64,000 nt of DNA from an uncultured Gammaproteobacteria bacterium (GCA_964560005.1 CAZLKB010000002.1:192381-256380); one strand, 5' to 3'. Positions 8,410 through 16,702 are shown, counted from the stretch's first letter. Made by a program: numbers and translations. The notes: generated by a model from the sequence alone, not told the origin.

Positions 8410-10023
8410 ATGTCTACTCTATATAGAAAATATCGTCCGCAGAATTTTACCCAAGTGGTGGGGCAGAATCACATTAAAGTTACGCTGGAGCAGGAAATTA
8501 AGACCGGTAAAATCGCCCATGCTTATCTTTTTTGCGGCCCCAGAGCCGTGGGCAAGACCACCTTGGCCAGAATTTTCGCCAAGTCCGTTAATTGCGAAAA
8601 GCGCCAGCCGGCTTCGGCCGAGCCGTGCGACGAGTGTTTAAGCTGTAAAGATATTACTCAAGGCCGGGCCTTGGATGTTATTGAAATTGACGCCGCTTCA
8701 AACACCGGCGTGGATAATGTCAGGGATAATATAATCGCCAGCGCGCGGGTAACGCCCGCGAGGTTAAAATATAAAGTATTTATCATTGATGAAGTGCACA
8801 TGCTGTCCACGGCGGCTTTTAACGCTTTGCTGAAAATCATAGAAGAACCGCCGGCGTTTATTGTTTTTATCCTCTGCACCACCGAAGTCCATAAGGTGCC
8901 CTTAACCATTATCTCGCGCTGCCAGCGCTTTGATTTTAAAAGAATCAGCGTTAACGATGTGGTTAAAAAATTAAACTATATCGTCCAGTCGGAAAAAATT
9001 AAAATTGAAAAAAGCATTTTGGAGGCCATCGCCCGCCAGGCCGACGGCCATATGCGCGATGCCGAAAGCACGCTGGGCCAGATCGTCGCCATCGGCGGAG
9101 AGGAGATTACTCAAGCGGAAGCCGATTTAGTAATTCCGCGTTCGGATTTAAACGAAGTCATTAATTTAATCGGCTTTTTAATAAAGAAGGACGCGGCCGG
9201 CGGGGTCAGGCTGATAAATCAACTGATTGATGAAGGCGTTGACCTGAGCGTCTTTACCAATGATTTGATAGAAATTTTGCGCAAGTTAATGATCATTAAA
9301 ATCAACCCGGGCTTGGTGGAAAAATTGGCCATGGAAATGGGCGAGGCCGTGGAGTTAAAAATTAATCAGCTGGCCAAGGATTTAACCGTTGAGCAAATTT
9401 TAAGATATATGGAGAAATTCATTAAAGTTAATAATGAGTTAAAAGCGGATTTTATCAAGCAGTTGTCTTTAGAAATGGCGATCGTTGAAATTTGCACCAT
9501 AGCGGCGGTTTCAAGAAGTCCGCAGAGCTTTTCATCAATTTTAACCGCTGGTTCAAAATTCGTGTCTTCAAGATTAAGTTCAACCGCGGTTAAGCCGGTT
9601 TCCGGTAAACCCGCCGAGCCGAAGGCGGTAATTAATATAACCAACGAGCAAATTACTGAAAAATGGAATGAAGTTTTAGCCAAGGTTAAGCAGTATAATC
9701 ATTCCTTATCTTTTATTTTACGCGTTTGCCAGCCCAGAAACTTAGCCGGCAACCAGCTTTGCTTGGCTTTTAAATATAAATTTCACCGGGATCGGGTCAG
9801 CGAAATCGCCATTAAAAATATTATTGAAAAAGTCTTGAATCAGGTCTACGGCACCCAGATTATGATTGAAGCCGTGGTTGACGAAAATTTAGAAGTAGCG
9901 GCCAATAAATTGGTTTCCGATGAGCCGCTTAACTTGAAATCCGCGCCCGAGCCTAAGCAAGGCGAGCAGGGGAATATGATTGATAATTTATTAAAGACTT
10001 TCGGGGGGAAAATAGTCAATTAA
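8410..10023 (+). CDS. dnaX: DNA polymerase III subunit gamma/tau
   Basis: LYRKYRPQNF..VVGQ, Walker A GPRAVGKTT, DEVHML, SRCQRF clamp-loader motifs. Confidence 0.95.
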   Translation: MSTLYRKYRPQNFTQVVGQNHIKVTLEQEIKTGKIAHAYLFCGPRAVGKTTLARIFAKSVNCEKRQPASAEPCDECLSCKDITQGRALDVIEIDAASNTGVDNVRDNIIASARVTPARLKYKVFIIDEVHMLSTAAFNALLKIIEEPPAFIVFILCTTEVHKVPLTIISRCQRFDFKRISVNDVVKKLNYIVQSEKIKIEKSILEAIARQADGHMRDAESTLGQIVAIGGEEITQAEADLVIPRSDLNEVINLIGFLIKKDAAGGVRLINQLIDEGVDLSVFTNDLIEILRKLMIIKINPGLVEKLAMEMGEAVELKINQLAKDLTVEQILRYMEKFIKVNNELKADFIKQLSLEMAIVEICTIAAVSRSPQSFSSILTAGSKFVSSRLSSTAVKPVSGKPAEPKAVINITNEQITEKWNEVLAKVKQYNHSLSFILRVCQPRNLAGNQLCLAFKYKFHRDRVSEIAIKNIIEKVLNQVYGTQIMIEAVVDENLEVAANKLVSDEPLNLKSAPEPKQGEQGNMIDNLLKTFGGKIVN

Positions 10024-10093
10024 AAATTACGAATTAAAAATTGATGAAAAAAAATATTATTTGTGATAAAAGTTATAAATTTGCGGATATTTT

Positions 10094-10447
10094 ATGAAGC
10101 AACTAGCTTGGCAAATTTGTGCGGTTATATTAATATTTATCGGTGAATTTATCGCCATTTATGCCGAAATTTTAACCTCAAAGCGTTTTTCCCTGGATCA
10201 AACTGCCAGTATTATATTAAAAGGATTTTTAGTTGCTGCAGTAGCTGGAGCTTTTTTAATCGCCGGCTATGCCTTAGGCTTTAAGGCTTTTAAGAATATT
10301 TGGATAGTCAGCGTAATTTCCATTACCTCGATTTTAATTATTGAACCGATTCTGGACTATACAATTTTTAATCAGTTGCCGACTCGGGGTGCTTTGATTG
10401 GTTTGATTTTAGGAGCCATGGGTTTTATATCAGCTATATTTTTGTAG
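10094..10447 (+). CDS. Small integral membrane protein (about 4 TM helices)
   Basis: Hydrophobic 117-aa ORF. Confidence 0.55.
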   Translation: MKQLAWQICAVILIFIGEFIAIYAEILTSKRFSLDQTASIILKGFLVAAVAGAFLIAGYALGFKAFKNIWIVSVISITSILIIEPILDYTIFNQLPTRGALIGLILGAMGFISAIFL

Positions 10448-10454
10448 ATTTTTT

Positions 10455-10518
10455 TGCGGGATCGTCCCAGTCATACGACGGGACAGATCCAATGGTAAGA
10501 CATCGCCCTCTGGAGGCG
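10455..10518 (+). pseudogene. Truncated 5' fragment of tRNA-Gln carrying a 23-nt palindromic insertion
   Basis: 10455-10467 plus 10491-10518 are identical to tRNA positions 1-42 of the intact gene at 10833. The 23-nt insert CAGTCATACGACGGGACAGATCC (10468-10490) lies in the D-loop. No T-arm or 3' acceptor strand follows. Confidence 0.85.
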
Positions 10519-10556
10519 CCCTATCATTCGATAGGGCGCCATGTCGAATGACATGG
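10515..10556. repeat. Two small palindromes at the break point of the tRNA fragment
   Basis: GGCGCCCTATC-ATTC-GATAGGGCGCC (perfect 11-bp stem) followed by CATGTC-GAAT-GACATG. Confidence 0.8.
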
Positions 10557-10571
10557 CGAGTTGATATTGTT

Positions 10572-10832
10572 ATGTATTATGTTTATATATTATTGTTAAA
10601 CAATAAACAGTTATATACTGGTTATACAGATGATTTAAAGAGGAGAATAGCAGAGCATAAAGCTGGTAGTAGTAAATTTACGAGCTGTAGATTACCTGTC
10701 AGTTTAATTCATTACGAAGCATATTTACTAGAATCTGATGCTAGAAGAAGAGAAAAATATCTTAAAACGACAGAAGGCAAAAGATTTTTAAGACAACAAT
10801 TAAAAGATTTAATAGAAAATATTAAAAATTAA
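10572..10832 (+). CDS. GIY-YIG nuclease family protein (UPF0213-like, about 86 aa)
   Basis: YYVYILLL..QLYTGYTDDLKRRIAEHK...RREKYLK motifs. The ORF track starts at 10548 inside the palindrome, so ATG 10572 is preferred. The stop codon abuts the tRNA. Confidence 0.85.
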   Translation: MYYVYILLLNNKQLYTGYTDDLKRRIAEHKAGSSKFTSCRLPVSLIHYEAYLLESDARRREKYLKTTEGKRFLRQQLKDLIENIKN

Positions 10833-10903
10833 TGCGGGATCGTCCAATGGTAAGACATCGCCCTCTGGAGGCGAGTATCTTGGTTCGAATCCAAGTCCCG
10901 CAA
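10833..10903 (+). tRNA. tRNA-Gln (anticodon CUG)
   Basis: Manual cloverleaf: acceptor TGCGGGA/TCCCGCA, D stem GTC/GAC, anticodon stem TCGCC/GGCGA with loop CTCTGGA (CTG at 10865-10867), T arm CTTGG-TTCGAAT-CCAAG. CCA is not encoded. Confidence 0.9.
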
Positions 10904-10911
10904 CAGCTATA

Positions 10912-10942
10912 AAATAACGCTAAAATTAAGCGTTATTTTTTT
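10912..10942 (+). terminator. Intrinsic terminator after tRNA-Gln
   Basis: AAATAACGC/GCGTTATTT stem followed by a T-run. Confidence 0.7.
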
Positions 10943-11003
10943 AATACTTTAAATATTAGCCTTGGTATGCTATACTTTAAACATAATAAATTAATAAAAA
11001 TAT

Positions 11004-11237
11004 ATGCAAAAAAGCAAAATCAAGGCGCAGGATAAATATTCCAGCGAATACGCCAAGGAAAAAATACATCAAGGCGTGGCAGAGTTAAAAAAAATATTAT
11101 TCATGGCAAAAACCAAGTTTGACGAAGCGGACGATAAGACCAAGAGAAATATTGTCGCCGGCGTGGCCGGTTCGGTCGCTTTAATCGCCGGAGCGATCGG
11201 CTTGAATAAGATGCGCAAAAATCGTAAGAAAAAATAG
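11004..11237 (+). CDS. Small tail-anchored protein (77 aa)
   Basis: Charged helical N-terminus, one C-terminal TM segment (VAGVAGSVALIAGAIGL), basic tail. Confidence 0.5.
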   Translation: MQKSKIKAQDKYSSEYAKEKIHQGVAELKKILFMAKTKFDEADDKTKRNIVAGVAGSVALIAGAIGLNKMRKNRKKK

Positions 11238-11367
11238 AATTTTATATTATTATATGATTATTATGATTATTATTGGGGTGGTATTTTTTGTTGTAATATT
11301 AGGAGTATTCTTATATATGGGCGTTAGAGAAGACAGCAAGAAATAATTTATTATTTATTTTAAGACT

Positions 11368-12336
11368 ATGCCAACTAAAAAGATTTTAAAAATCGCAGGC
11401 TTGAGTTTATTGGCTTTTTTGATTTTGTATTTTGGTTTAATGATTGTTTTAAACGGTTTTAAAACTTCAGGTAAATTCGTGTCTAATCAATTAGCCCTTA
11501 GTACAATAGAGGATTCATTTGGAGTCAGCGCTCCGTCAAGCGGATCAAACGGAATTTATTCTCCCGAAATGGCCAGAGATATGGACGCGGTTAAAGCCGT
11601 AAGGCAAGAATCAGCCGACGGCGTAGCTACGGCTCCGACTGACAAAAAAATTATCAAGACCGGTAATTTATCTCTTAAGGTGGAAAAAGCCGAAACGGCG
11701 GCGGAAAACATTACCAATATTGCCAAGCTGAATAAAGGAGAAGTCGCCAATTCTTATTTCTCCGAGTCAAGTCGGGGGGTTAAATCCGGCTATTTAACCG
11801 TTCGCGTGCCGTATCAGAATTTTGAAGTCGTTTTTAATGAAATAAAAAAAGTCGCCACCCAGGTTATATCCGAAGCCTCAAACGCTCAGGATATAACCGC
11901 GGAATATATTGATTTGGAGGCTCGGCTAAAAAATAAGCGCGCCGAGGAGGTTTCCTTCGTGGCCTTATTAAACCGTTCGGGCAAGATTGAAGAGATTCTT
12001 TCGGTTACCAGAGAGGTGGCTCGGGTGCGCGGTGAAATTGAGCAGCTGGACGGCCAAATGCGTTATTTAAATTCGCAAACCGATATGTCAACCATCACGG
12101 TTAATTTGAGCGAAGATGTAGCAATCGTTTCAGTGAGCCAGGATTGGCGCCCTTGGCAGAATATTAAAACTTCGGTCAAGCAGTTGATTACCAACCTGCA
12201 AAATTTTGTTGACGGTATGATTAGTTTCTTGATTATAGTTTTACCGGCGCTCATAATTTACGCGCTGATAATTTGGCTCCTATACTTTATCGGCAGAAAA
12301 GTCTATCGCCGCTATTTTAACAAAGGCGACAATTAG
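11368..12336 (+). CDS. DUF4349-like membrane-anchored protein
   Basis: N- and C-terminal TM segments. YLTVRVP...F...DITAEYIDLEARLKN..AEE...L...EIE.L.G...YL pattern recalled from the DUF4349 family. Confidence 0.6.
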   Translation: MPTKKILKIAGLSLLAFLILYFGLMIVLNGFKTSGKFVSNQLALSTIEDSFGVSAPSSGSNGIYSPEMARDMDAVKAVRQESADGVATAPTDKKIIKTGNLSLKVEKAETAAENITNIAKLNKGEVANSYFSESSRGVKSGYLTVRVPYQNFEVVFNEIKKVATQVISEASNAQDITAEYIDLEARLKNKRAEEVSFVALLNRSGKIEEILSVTREVARVRGEIEQLDGQMRYLNSQTDMSTITVNLSEDVAIVSVSQDWRPWQNIKTSVKQLITNLQNFVDGMISFLIIVLPALIIYALIIWLLYFIGRKVYRRYFNKGDN

Positions 12337-12360
12337 AAAAAAAATAGGCAGATACTGATA

Positions 12361-12396
12361 AAAAACCCCGGTCCATAATTGGGCCGGAGTTTTTTA
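12361..12396. terminator. Bidirectional terminator between convergent genes
   Basis: AACCCCGGTCC/GGGCCGGAGTT stem flanked by an A-run and a T-run. Confidence 0.65.
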
Positions 12397-12509
12397 AGTT
12401 GGTGAATTATAATTAGTTAATTTGTAGAAATTTTAAAATCGGAATAATAGTACCGTTATTGTTTTGGCTGTTTTTGGGCTGGATTACCAGTTGGACTTCA
12501 TTTGGCTTT

Positions 12510-14084
12510 TTATCGGCCAGCTTCGCTTTGGTTGGTCGGGGAAGAACTTTTTAATTCACTGGACTGAATTTCTTTTTGCATGACGCATCGAGGGGCGCCG
12601 GGACAGCCGTTAGAATCTATTTCCCCAGGATAAATTGTGCCGTCTTTACACCAATCCGGATGTAATGCGGCCCTAGTCGGGCAAATTTTAGTTCCAGCTA
12701 AATCTTGGCAAAGATTATTTTGATAACCGCAATTAGGTATATAATTGTTTGTTTCTTCAAGCGAACAAGCTCTGGCGCAATCGGTGAATGTTTGCCCCTC
12801 AACAATTTCAAGGCATTTGTTGGCGCAGTCGCAGTTGGAAAAAACCATTTTACATTCATTTTTTTGGCGGCACTTATAGATTGGGCAACCACCTTCATAT
12901 AATTCACCGGTTAGATAAGCCTCTCCACCACCACACAAAGGCATGGCGCAGGCAATCGGCGTATCCTGGTCATCGCCACAGTGGCTACGCCATTGGCCGA
13001 TAATACTGTCGGTGTCTACGGCTAAATTCATTACGTAGTTGGCTTGATTTAATGCAGTCAAATAATCTTTTTGCTCAAATAATCTTTTTGCTTCAACTAA
13101 AACCGTTAACATTTTTTGATAATAATCTTCCAGTTTCGTTAAATAGGCTTGTTGTTCCGTGGAATTGCATTTATTTGTATTTAGACCGGCGAAATAATTG
13201 ATTTTTTTCTGAATTTCCGCCAATTTATTTTCTATAGCGTTAATTCTGTTTTTTGTTTTTTCATCAATATCGTGGATATAATCCGGGATCTTTCCCATCG
13301 CCGTAGATGATATAACGCCAATTTGGCTGGAGATTCCGCCTCTAGCGCTTTGATTATTTCCAGCCCGGTTTGCTTCGGTTTCCTGAATTTTTAATTCAAT
13401 TTTTTCCAAAGCTTGATTAGAATTAGCAATATTCGATTTTTTGGCTTGATTAAGCGAGGATTGCGCTGTTTGGGACAAGGTAGAAATTTGATTAGTTAGA
13501 GTTGCTAATTGCTCCTGCTGTTTTTCCAGAGAATTTCCATATTTAACCGCTACGGCGATTGTTTTAGACGCTGTGTTGCTAGAGCTAATATTGGCAAGTT
13601 GGTTTTGCGCGGCGGCGATATGTTTTTTATATTTAACCAAAGCTTGGTTAATTACTATTTCTGGAACTTCGCCGTTTTTTTGCAGTTCTTTGATTTCGTT
13701 AAGCCGTTTTTCCGCCAGCTTGACGGAAAGGTCTATTTTTTTCTCGTTATTAAAAGTCATTGCCTCCCGGATTTGTTCGGTAGCGATTTTGACCGGGTAA
13801 AGCGCTCCGGTCGGCAGGCTGTTCTGAGAAGCGGCGACAACGCCGCTGCCCGCAGCTAAGCTCATGATCATGGCGATAATAGCAATTGGCATAGGTTTTA
13901 AAATTAATTTATTAAAATTATTAAAAATTACTTCCGGCGTGATTTGACGGACGGGATCGGCTTTTCTTACCGGATTAAGTTCAATAAACTTTATCATTTG
14001 CTCTTGGCCGGTTTTTAACCAATTTTGATCAACTGGAATATTCGCGAATTTTCTAATTATTTTTTTAATTTTTGATTTCATCAT
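12510..14084 (-). CDS. Anti-sigma-like membrane protein (DUF5667-like) with a Cys-rich extracytoplasmic C-terminal domain
   Basis: Overlaps the upstream sigma gene by 20 nt. Single TM segment, LPTGALYPVKIATEQIRE motif, coiled coils. The last ~160 aa contain more than 20 Cys. Confidence 0.6.
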   Translation of the reverse strand: MMKSKIKKIIRKFANIPVDQNWLKTGQEQMIKFIELNPVRKADPVRQITPEVIFNNFNKLILKPMPIAIIAMIMSLAAGSGVVAASQNSLPTGALYPVKIATEQIREAMTFNNEKKIDLSVKLAEKRLNEIKELQKNGEVPEIVINQALVKYKKHIAAAQNQLANISSSNTASKTIAVAVKYGNSLEKQQEQLATLTNQISTLSQTAQSSLNQAKKSNIANSNQALEKIELKIQETEANRAGNNQSARGGISSQIGVISSTAMGKIPDYIHDIDEKTKNRINAIENKLAEIQKKINYFAGLNTNKCNSTEQQAYLTKLEDYYQKMLTVLVEAKRLFEQKDYLTALNQANYVMNLAVDTDSIIGQWRSHCGDDQDTPIACAMPLCGGGEAYLTGELYEGGCPIYKCRQKNECKMVFSNCDCANKCLEIVEGQTFTDCARACSLEETNNYIPNCGYQNNLCQDLAGTKICPTRAALHPDWCKDGTIYPGEIDSNGCPGAPRCVMQKEIQSSELKSSSPTNQSEAGR

Positions 14085-14628
14085 ATATTAGTGGATTATT
14101 TTTTAGTTCTTTTAAAGCGCGATGCAAAGATACATAAATAGCGTTAATTGATTTGCCGGAAATTTTTGCTATCTGCTTAATTGACAAATCGTCAATGTAG
14201 CGCCAAACGATCAGCTGTTGTTGCTCGGATTTAAGTTTTAATAAAGCATTTTTAATTTTAGCCATTTCCAGGTTCTCTTCCACTTCACTAATATATGACG
14301 GCTCTACCGTTAATTTTCTTTCAGTCACATCTTCCAGAGGGAGATTTTTTCTTTCTGATTTGCGGTAATAATCTACTATTAGATTATTGGCAGTTTTATA
14401 GATAAAAGCATTTAAATTATCGATTTTATTTTCTGAATTAGCAATAAATTGCCAAATTTTAAAGAAGACTTGCTGACTAATATCTTGAGCAGTTTCTTTA
14501 TGGCTGACGCGGTAATAGATGTGACGGAATATTTTTGGCGTATAGAAGTTATAAGCCTCTAAAAAAGAGTTTTTGTCTCCTTGGTTGATTTTAGCCAAAA
14601 ATTCCGTACTATTAAAATTCTGCTGCAT
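14065..14628 (-). CDS. RNA polymerase sigma-70 family (ECF-type) sigma factor
   Basis: Region 2 (AQDISQQVFFKIWQ...DYYRK) and region 4 HTH (LSIKQIAKISGKSINAIYVSLHRALKELK). Confidence 0.9.
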   Translation of the reverse strand: MQQNFNSTEFLAKINQGDKNSFLEAYNFYTPKIFRHIYYRVSHKETAQDISQQVFFKIWQFIANSENKIDNLNAFIYKTANNLIVDYYRKSERKNLPLEDVTERKLTVEPSYISEVEENLEMAKIKNALLKLKSEQQQLIVWRYIDDLSIKQIAKISGKSINAIYVSLHRALKELKNNPLIYDEIKN

Positions 14629-14696
14629 AAATACTATGACGAATTGCCTTTAAAAATCTTACTAATATTATAACATTTTTTAATAAATAACGGTAT

Positions 14697-14725
14697 TTGA
14701 CAATTTAAAATAGTTGTTATAAGAT
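14697..14725 (+). promoter_or_regulatory. Consensus-like promoter TTGACA-17-TAAGAT
   Basis: -35 at 14697-14702, 17-nt spacer, -10 at 14720-14725. Confidence 0.65.
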
Positions 14726-14731
14726 GTTTTT

Positions 14732-14868
14732 ATGATTAAACTTTCCGCTAAAACTTTGTTGTTAGGCCTACTCTTAAGCCAGCTCAAGCGTGGAAAGTTT
14801 ACTAGTGTTTAACTGATTACACTTAGATAAATACCAGCCAGCTTTCCACCAAAGGGAAGCTGGCTTTT
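14732..14868 (+). promoter_or_regulatory. Structured leader or small RNA with a 26-codon mini-ORF and an intrinsic terminator
   Basis: ATG at 14732 lies 6 nt after the -10. The mini-ORF MIKLSAKTLLLGLLLSQLKRGKFTSV spans 14732-14812. Stems: 14738-14748/14788-14800 and 14802-14808/14819-14826. The terminator stem 14837-14847/14854-14864 is followed by TTTT. Confidence 0.45.
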
Positions 14869-14912
14869 AATTAAAGGAGGAGTGCTCTTTTAACAACAAA
14901 AAAACAATAAAT

Positions 14913-15146
14913 ATGAACTCAACAAAGTGCGTTATAGTGGAAATTACTAGTGGTTGTGGATTAACCGGAGAATTGTATAAACGGATTAAACTATTAGTCA
15001 CCGAGCATAATGGTCTGGTTCAGTGGATTGACCCAGGACCAGGAGAAGAGAAAAAAGTGGTAGTTTCTGGCACAATACCGGAAGGATTCACCACTAACTT
15101 GGCATCCATGTTGATGGGAACACACGTTAATATGGAGTCGCGGTGA
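14913..15146 (+). CDS. Small hypothetical protein (77 aa)
   Basis: ORF with an A-rich SD-less leader, followed by a terminator. No recognisable domain. Confidence 0.5.
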   Translation: MNSTKCVIVEITSGCGLTGELYKRIKLLVTEHNGLVQWIDPGPGEEKKVVVSGTIPEGFTTNLASMLMGTHVNMESR

Positions 15147-15195
15147 GCATGCTTTCTAGCCGAAAGTGCTAGGGTATTCACCGCCTGTTTTTCAC

Positions 15196-15233
15196 GCGGG
15201 GATCGTCTCTAAGATGATTCCCGCTCTTTTTTT
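15196..15233 (+). terminator. Intrinsic terminator
   Basis: GCGGGGATC...GATTCCCGC stem followed by TCTTTTTTT. Confidence 0.7.
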
Positions 15234-15273
15234 GCCAGTAAGCAATATAAAATGCTAGACTATAAATAATATT

Positions 15274-15981
15274 ATGCCGAATCAAATAAAACAATTAAAA
15301 AATGATTTAAATAAATTAGCTGATAAAAATCAAGCGGTGATTCTAGCCGGCTTTTTTAAAACCGGCAAAGGCCAATACGGGGAAGGGGACATATTTTTAG
15401 GCATAAAAGTGCCGGCGCAGAGAATGGTGGCTAAAAAGTACGCGGATTTAGCTTTAACTGATATCCAGCAATTGCTAAATAGCAAAATTCATGAACAGCG
15501 CTTAATTGCTCTGCTGATTTTATTGAAACAATATAGCGAAAGCAACGAAGCCAATAAGAAAAAACTGGTTGGATTTTATTTAAAAAATATCAAGAATATA
15601 AATAATTGGGACCTGGTAGACTTATCCTGCCATTATATTCTGGGCGATTATTTATTAGATAAGCCCAGACAGGTTTTGTATAAACTAGCCGGGTCAAAAA
15701 ATTTATGGGAAAGAAGGATCGCCATAATTTCCACTTTTGCTTTTATCAGAAATAAAGAATTTAGCGACACTTTAAAAATCGCCGAAATTTTATTACCTGA
15801 TAAGCACGATTTAATCCATAAGGCCGCGGGTTGGATGCTAAGGGAAGTAGGGAAGCGAGACCAAGCAATTTTGGAAAAATTTTTAAGAAAGCATCATAAA
15901 ACCATGCCGCGCACCATGCTTAGATACGCGATTGAAAAGTTTAGCGAGGCTAAGAGAATGAAATTTTTAAGTTTAGCTTAA
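15274..15981 (+). CDS. DNA alkylation repair protein (AlkD/AlkC-like HEAT-repeat glycosylase family)
   Basis: FFKTGKGQYGEGDIFLGIKVP..R, WERRIAIISTF and AAGWMLREVGK patterns typical of the family. Confidence 0.75.
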   Translation: MPNQIKQLKNDLNKLADKNQAVILAGFFKTGKGQYGEGDIFLGIKVPAQRMVAKKYADLALTDIQQLLNSKIHEQRLIALLILLKQYSESNEANKKKLVGFYLKNIKNINNWDLVDLSCHYILGDYLLDKPRQVLYKLAGSKNLWERRIAIISTFAFIRNKEFSDTLKIAEILLPDKHDLIHKAAGWMLREVGKRDQAILEKFLRKHHKTMPRTMLRYAIEKFSEAKRMKFLSLA

Positions 15982-16027
15982 AGACTACTTATTGATTATG
16001 GTAGGTTTTTAATTGTGTTTTTAATTG

Positions 16028-16056
16028 TTGACTTTCAGTCAAGATTTTATTAAGAT
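16028..16056 (+). promoter_or_regulatory. Consensus-like promoter TTGACT-17-TAAGAT
   Basis: Hexamers and spacing read directly. Lies upstream of the tandem small-protein genes. Confidence 0.6.
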
Positions 16057-16103
16057 ACCTATGTTAGCGGTAATCTAGCCGCTATTTAACAGAGGAGGTA
16101 AAT

Positions 16104-16313
16104 GTGAACTTTAGAAGTGATTTGCCGTTTTTAGTGATTTATGCCGGGCATTTTCAGGCGTTTGACCATGGTGAAAAAGTTATTGAGCCCATGGAAGGAG
16201 GTTGGAATCTCCGGCCCGGAGATATAATCAGATGGGAGTTGGCTCAATTTAGCGGAACCGCTAAAGTGGTTGAGCTAGCCGGAGACTATTGTGTAATCGA
16301 GAAACAAACCTAA
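16104..16313 (+). CDS. Small hypothetical protein (69 aa), paralog of the next gene
   Basis: GTG start 6 nt after AGAGGAGG. Shares the LP..I...F..FD....IE...W.L.P.D...WE....SG.A.VV pattern with 16362-16592. Confidence 0.6.
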   Translation: MNFRSDLPFLVIYAGHFQAFDHGEKVIEPMEGGWNLRPGDIIRWELAQFSGTAKVVELAGDYCVIEKQT

Positions 16314-16361
16314 AAGCCGATATCGGCTTATGCACATTTAACAAAAAAGGAGAAAGATATT

Positions 16362-16592
16362 ATGAAATCAAAAAAAGGCTTGCCTTGGGTGACGATCCCG
16401 CTAGACTCATTCAAGAGGTTTGACCAAGAAGGAGTCATGATTGAGGTTTTAGTCCCAAGGAGATGGGGCCTGGTCCCTAGCGATCAAGTGCAATGGGAAT
16501 GCGGCTGCACACTTTCCGGGCTTGCGGAGGTTGTCGCAAATAGGGGGAGCTCATCTACCAAAGAAAGGCTTGTAATACGCAAAGTTATATAG
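16362..16592 (+). CDS. Small hypothetical protein (76 aa), paralog of the previous gene
   Basis: AAAGGAGA SD. About 30% identity to the preceding ORF by eye. A terminator-like hairpin follows at about 16607-16650. Confidence 0.6.
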   Translation: MKSKKGLPWVTIPLDSFKRFDQEGVMIEVLVPRRWGLVPSDQVQWECGCTLSGLAEVVANRGSSSTKERLVIRKVI

Positions 16593-16702
16593 ATGACAGT
16601 TAGCCATGCCGCCAATACACCACTAAAGGTTGAGGCGGTTTTTTATATTATTGCTAATATTAAATAAAATTAAACTCTTATTAAAGAGTTTTTTATTTTG
16701 CC

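Noticed and set aside
8985-9000. An A AAA AAG-like slippery run (GAAAAAAGC) in dnaX as a possible gamma/tau frameshift site.
   Set aside because: It lies at about codon 195, inside the ATPase/lid region rather than after domain III. There is no downstream stem-loop or nearby stop in the -1 frame that I could see, so it is probably coincidental in A-rich DNA.
10455-10903. The idea that this is a single tRNA-Gln gene interrupted by a group I intron carrying a GIY-YIG homing endonuclease.
   Set aside because: The downstream copy (10833-10903) is a complete cloverleaf on its own, so no splicing is needed. The ~310 nt between the fragment and the tRNA are almost entirely ORF, and I could not see P-helix or G-binding-site elements. 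I treat it as a duplication/insertion, though only a covariance-model search can exclude an intron.
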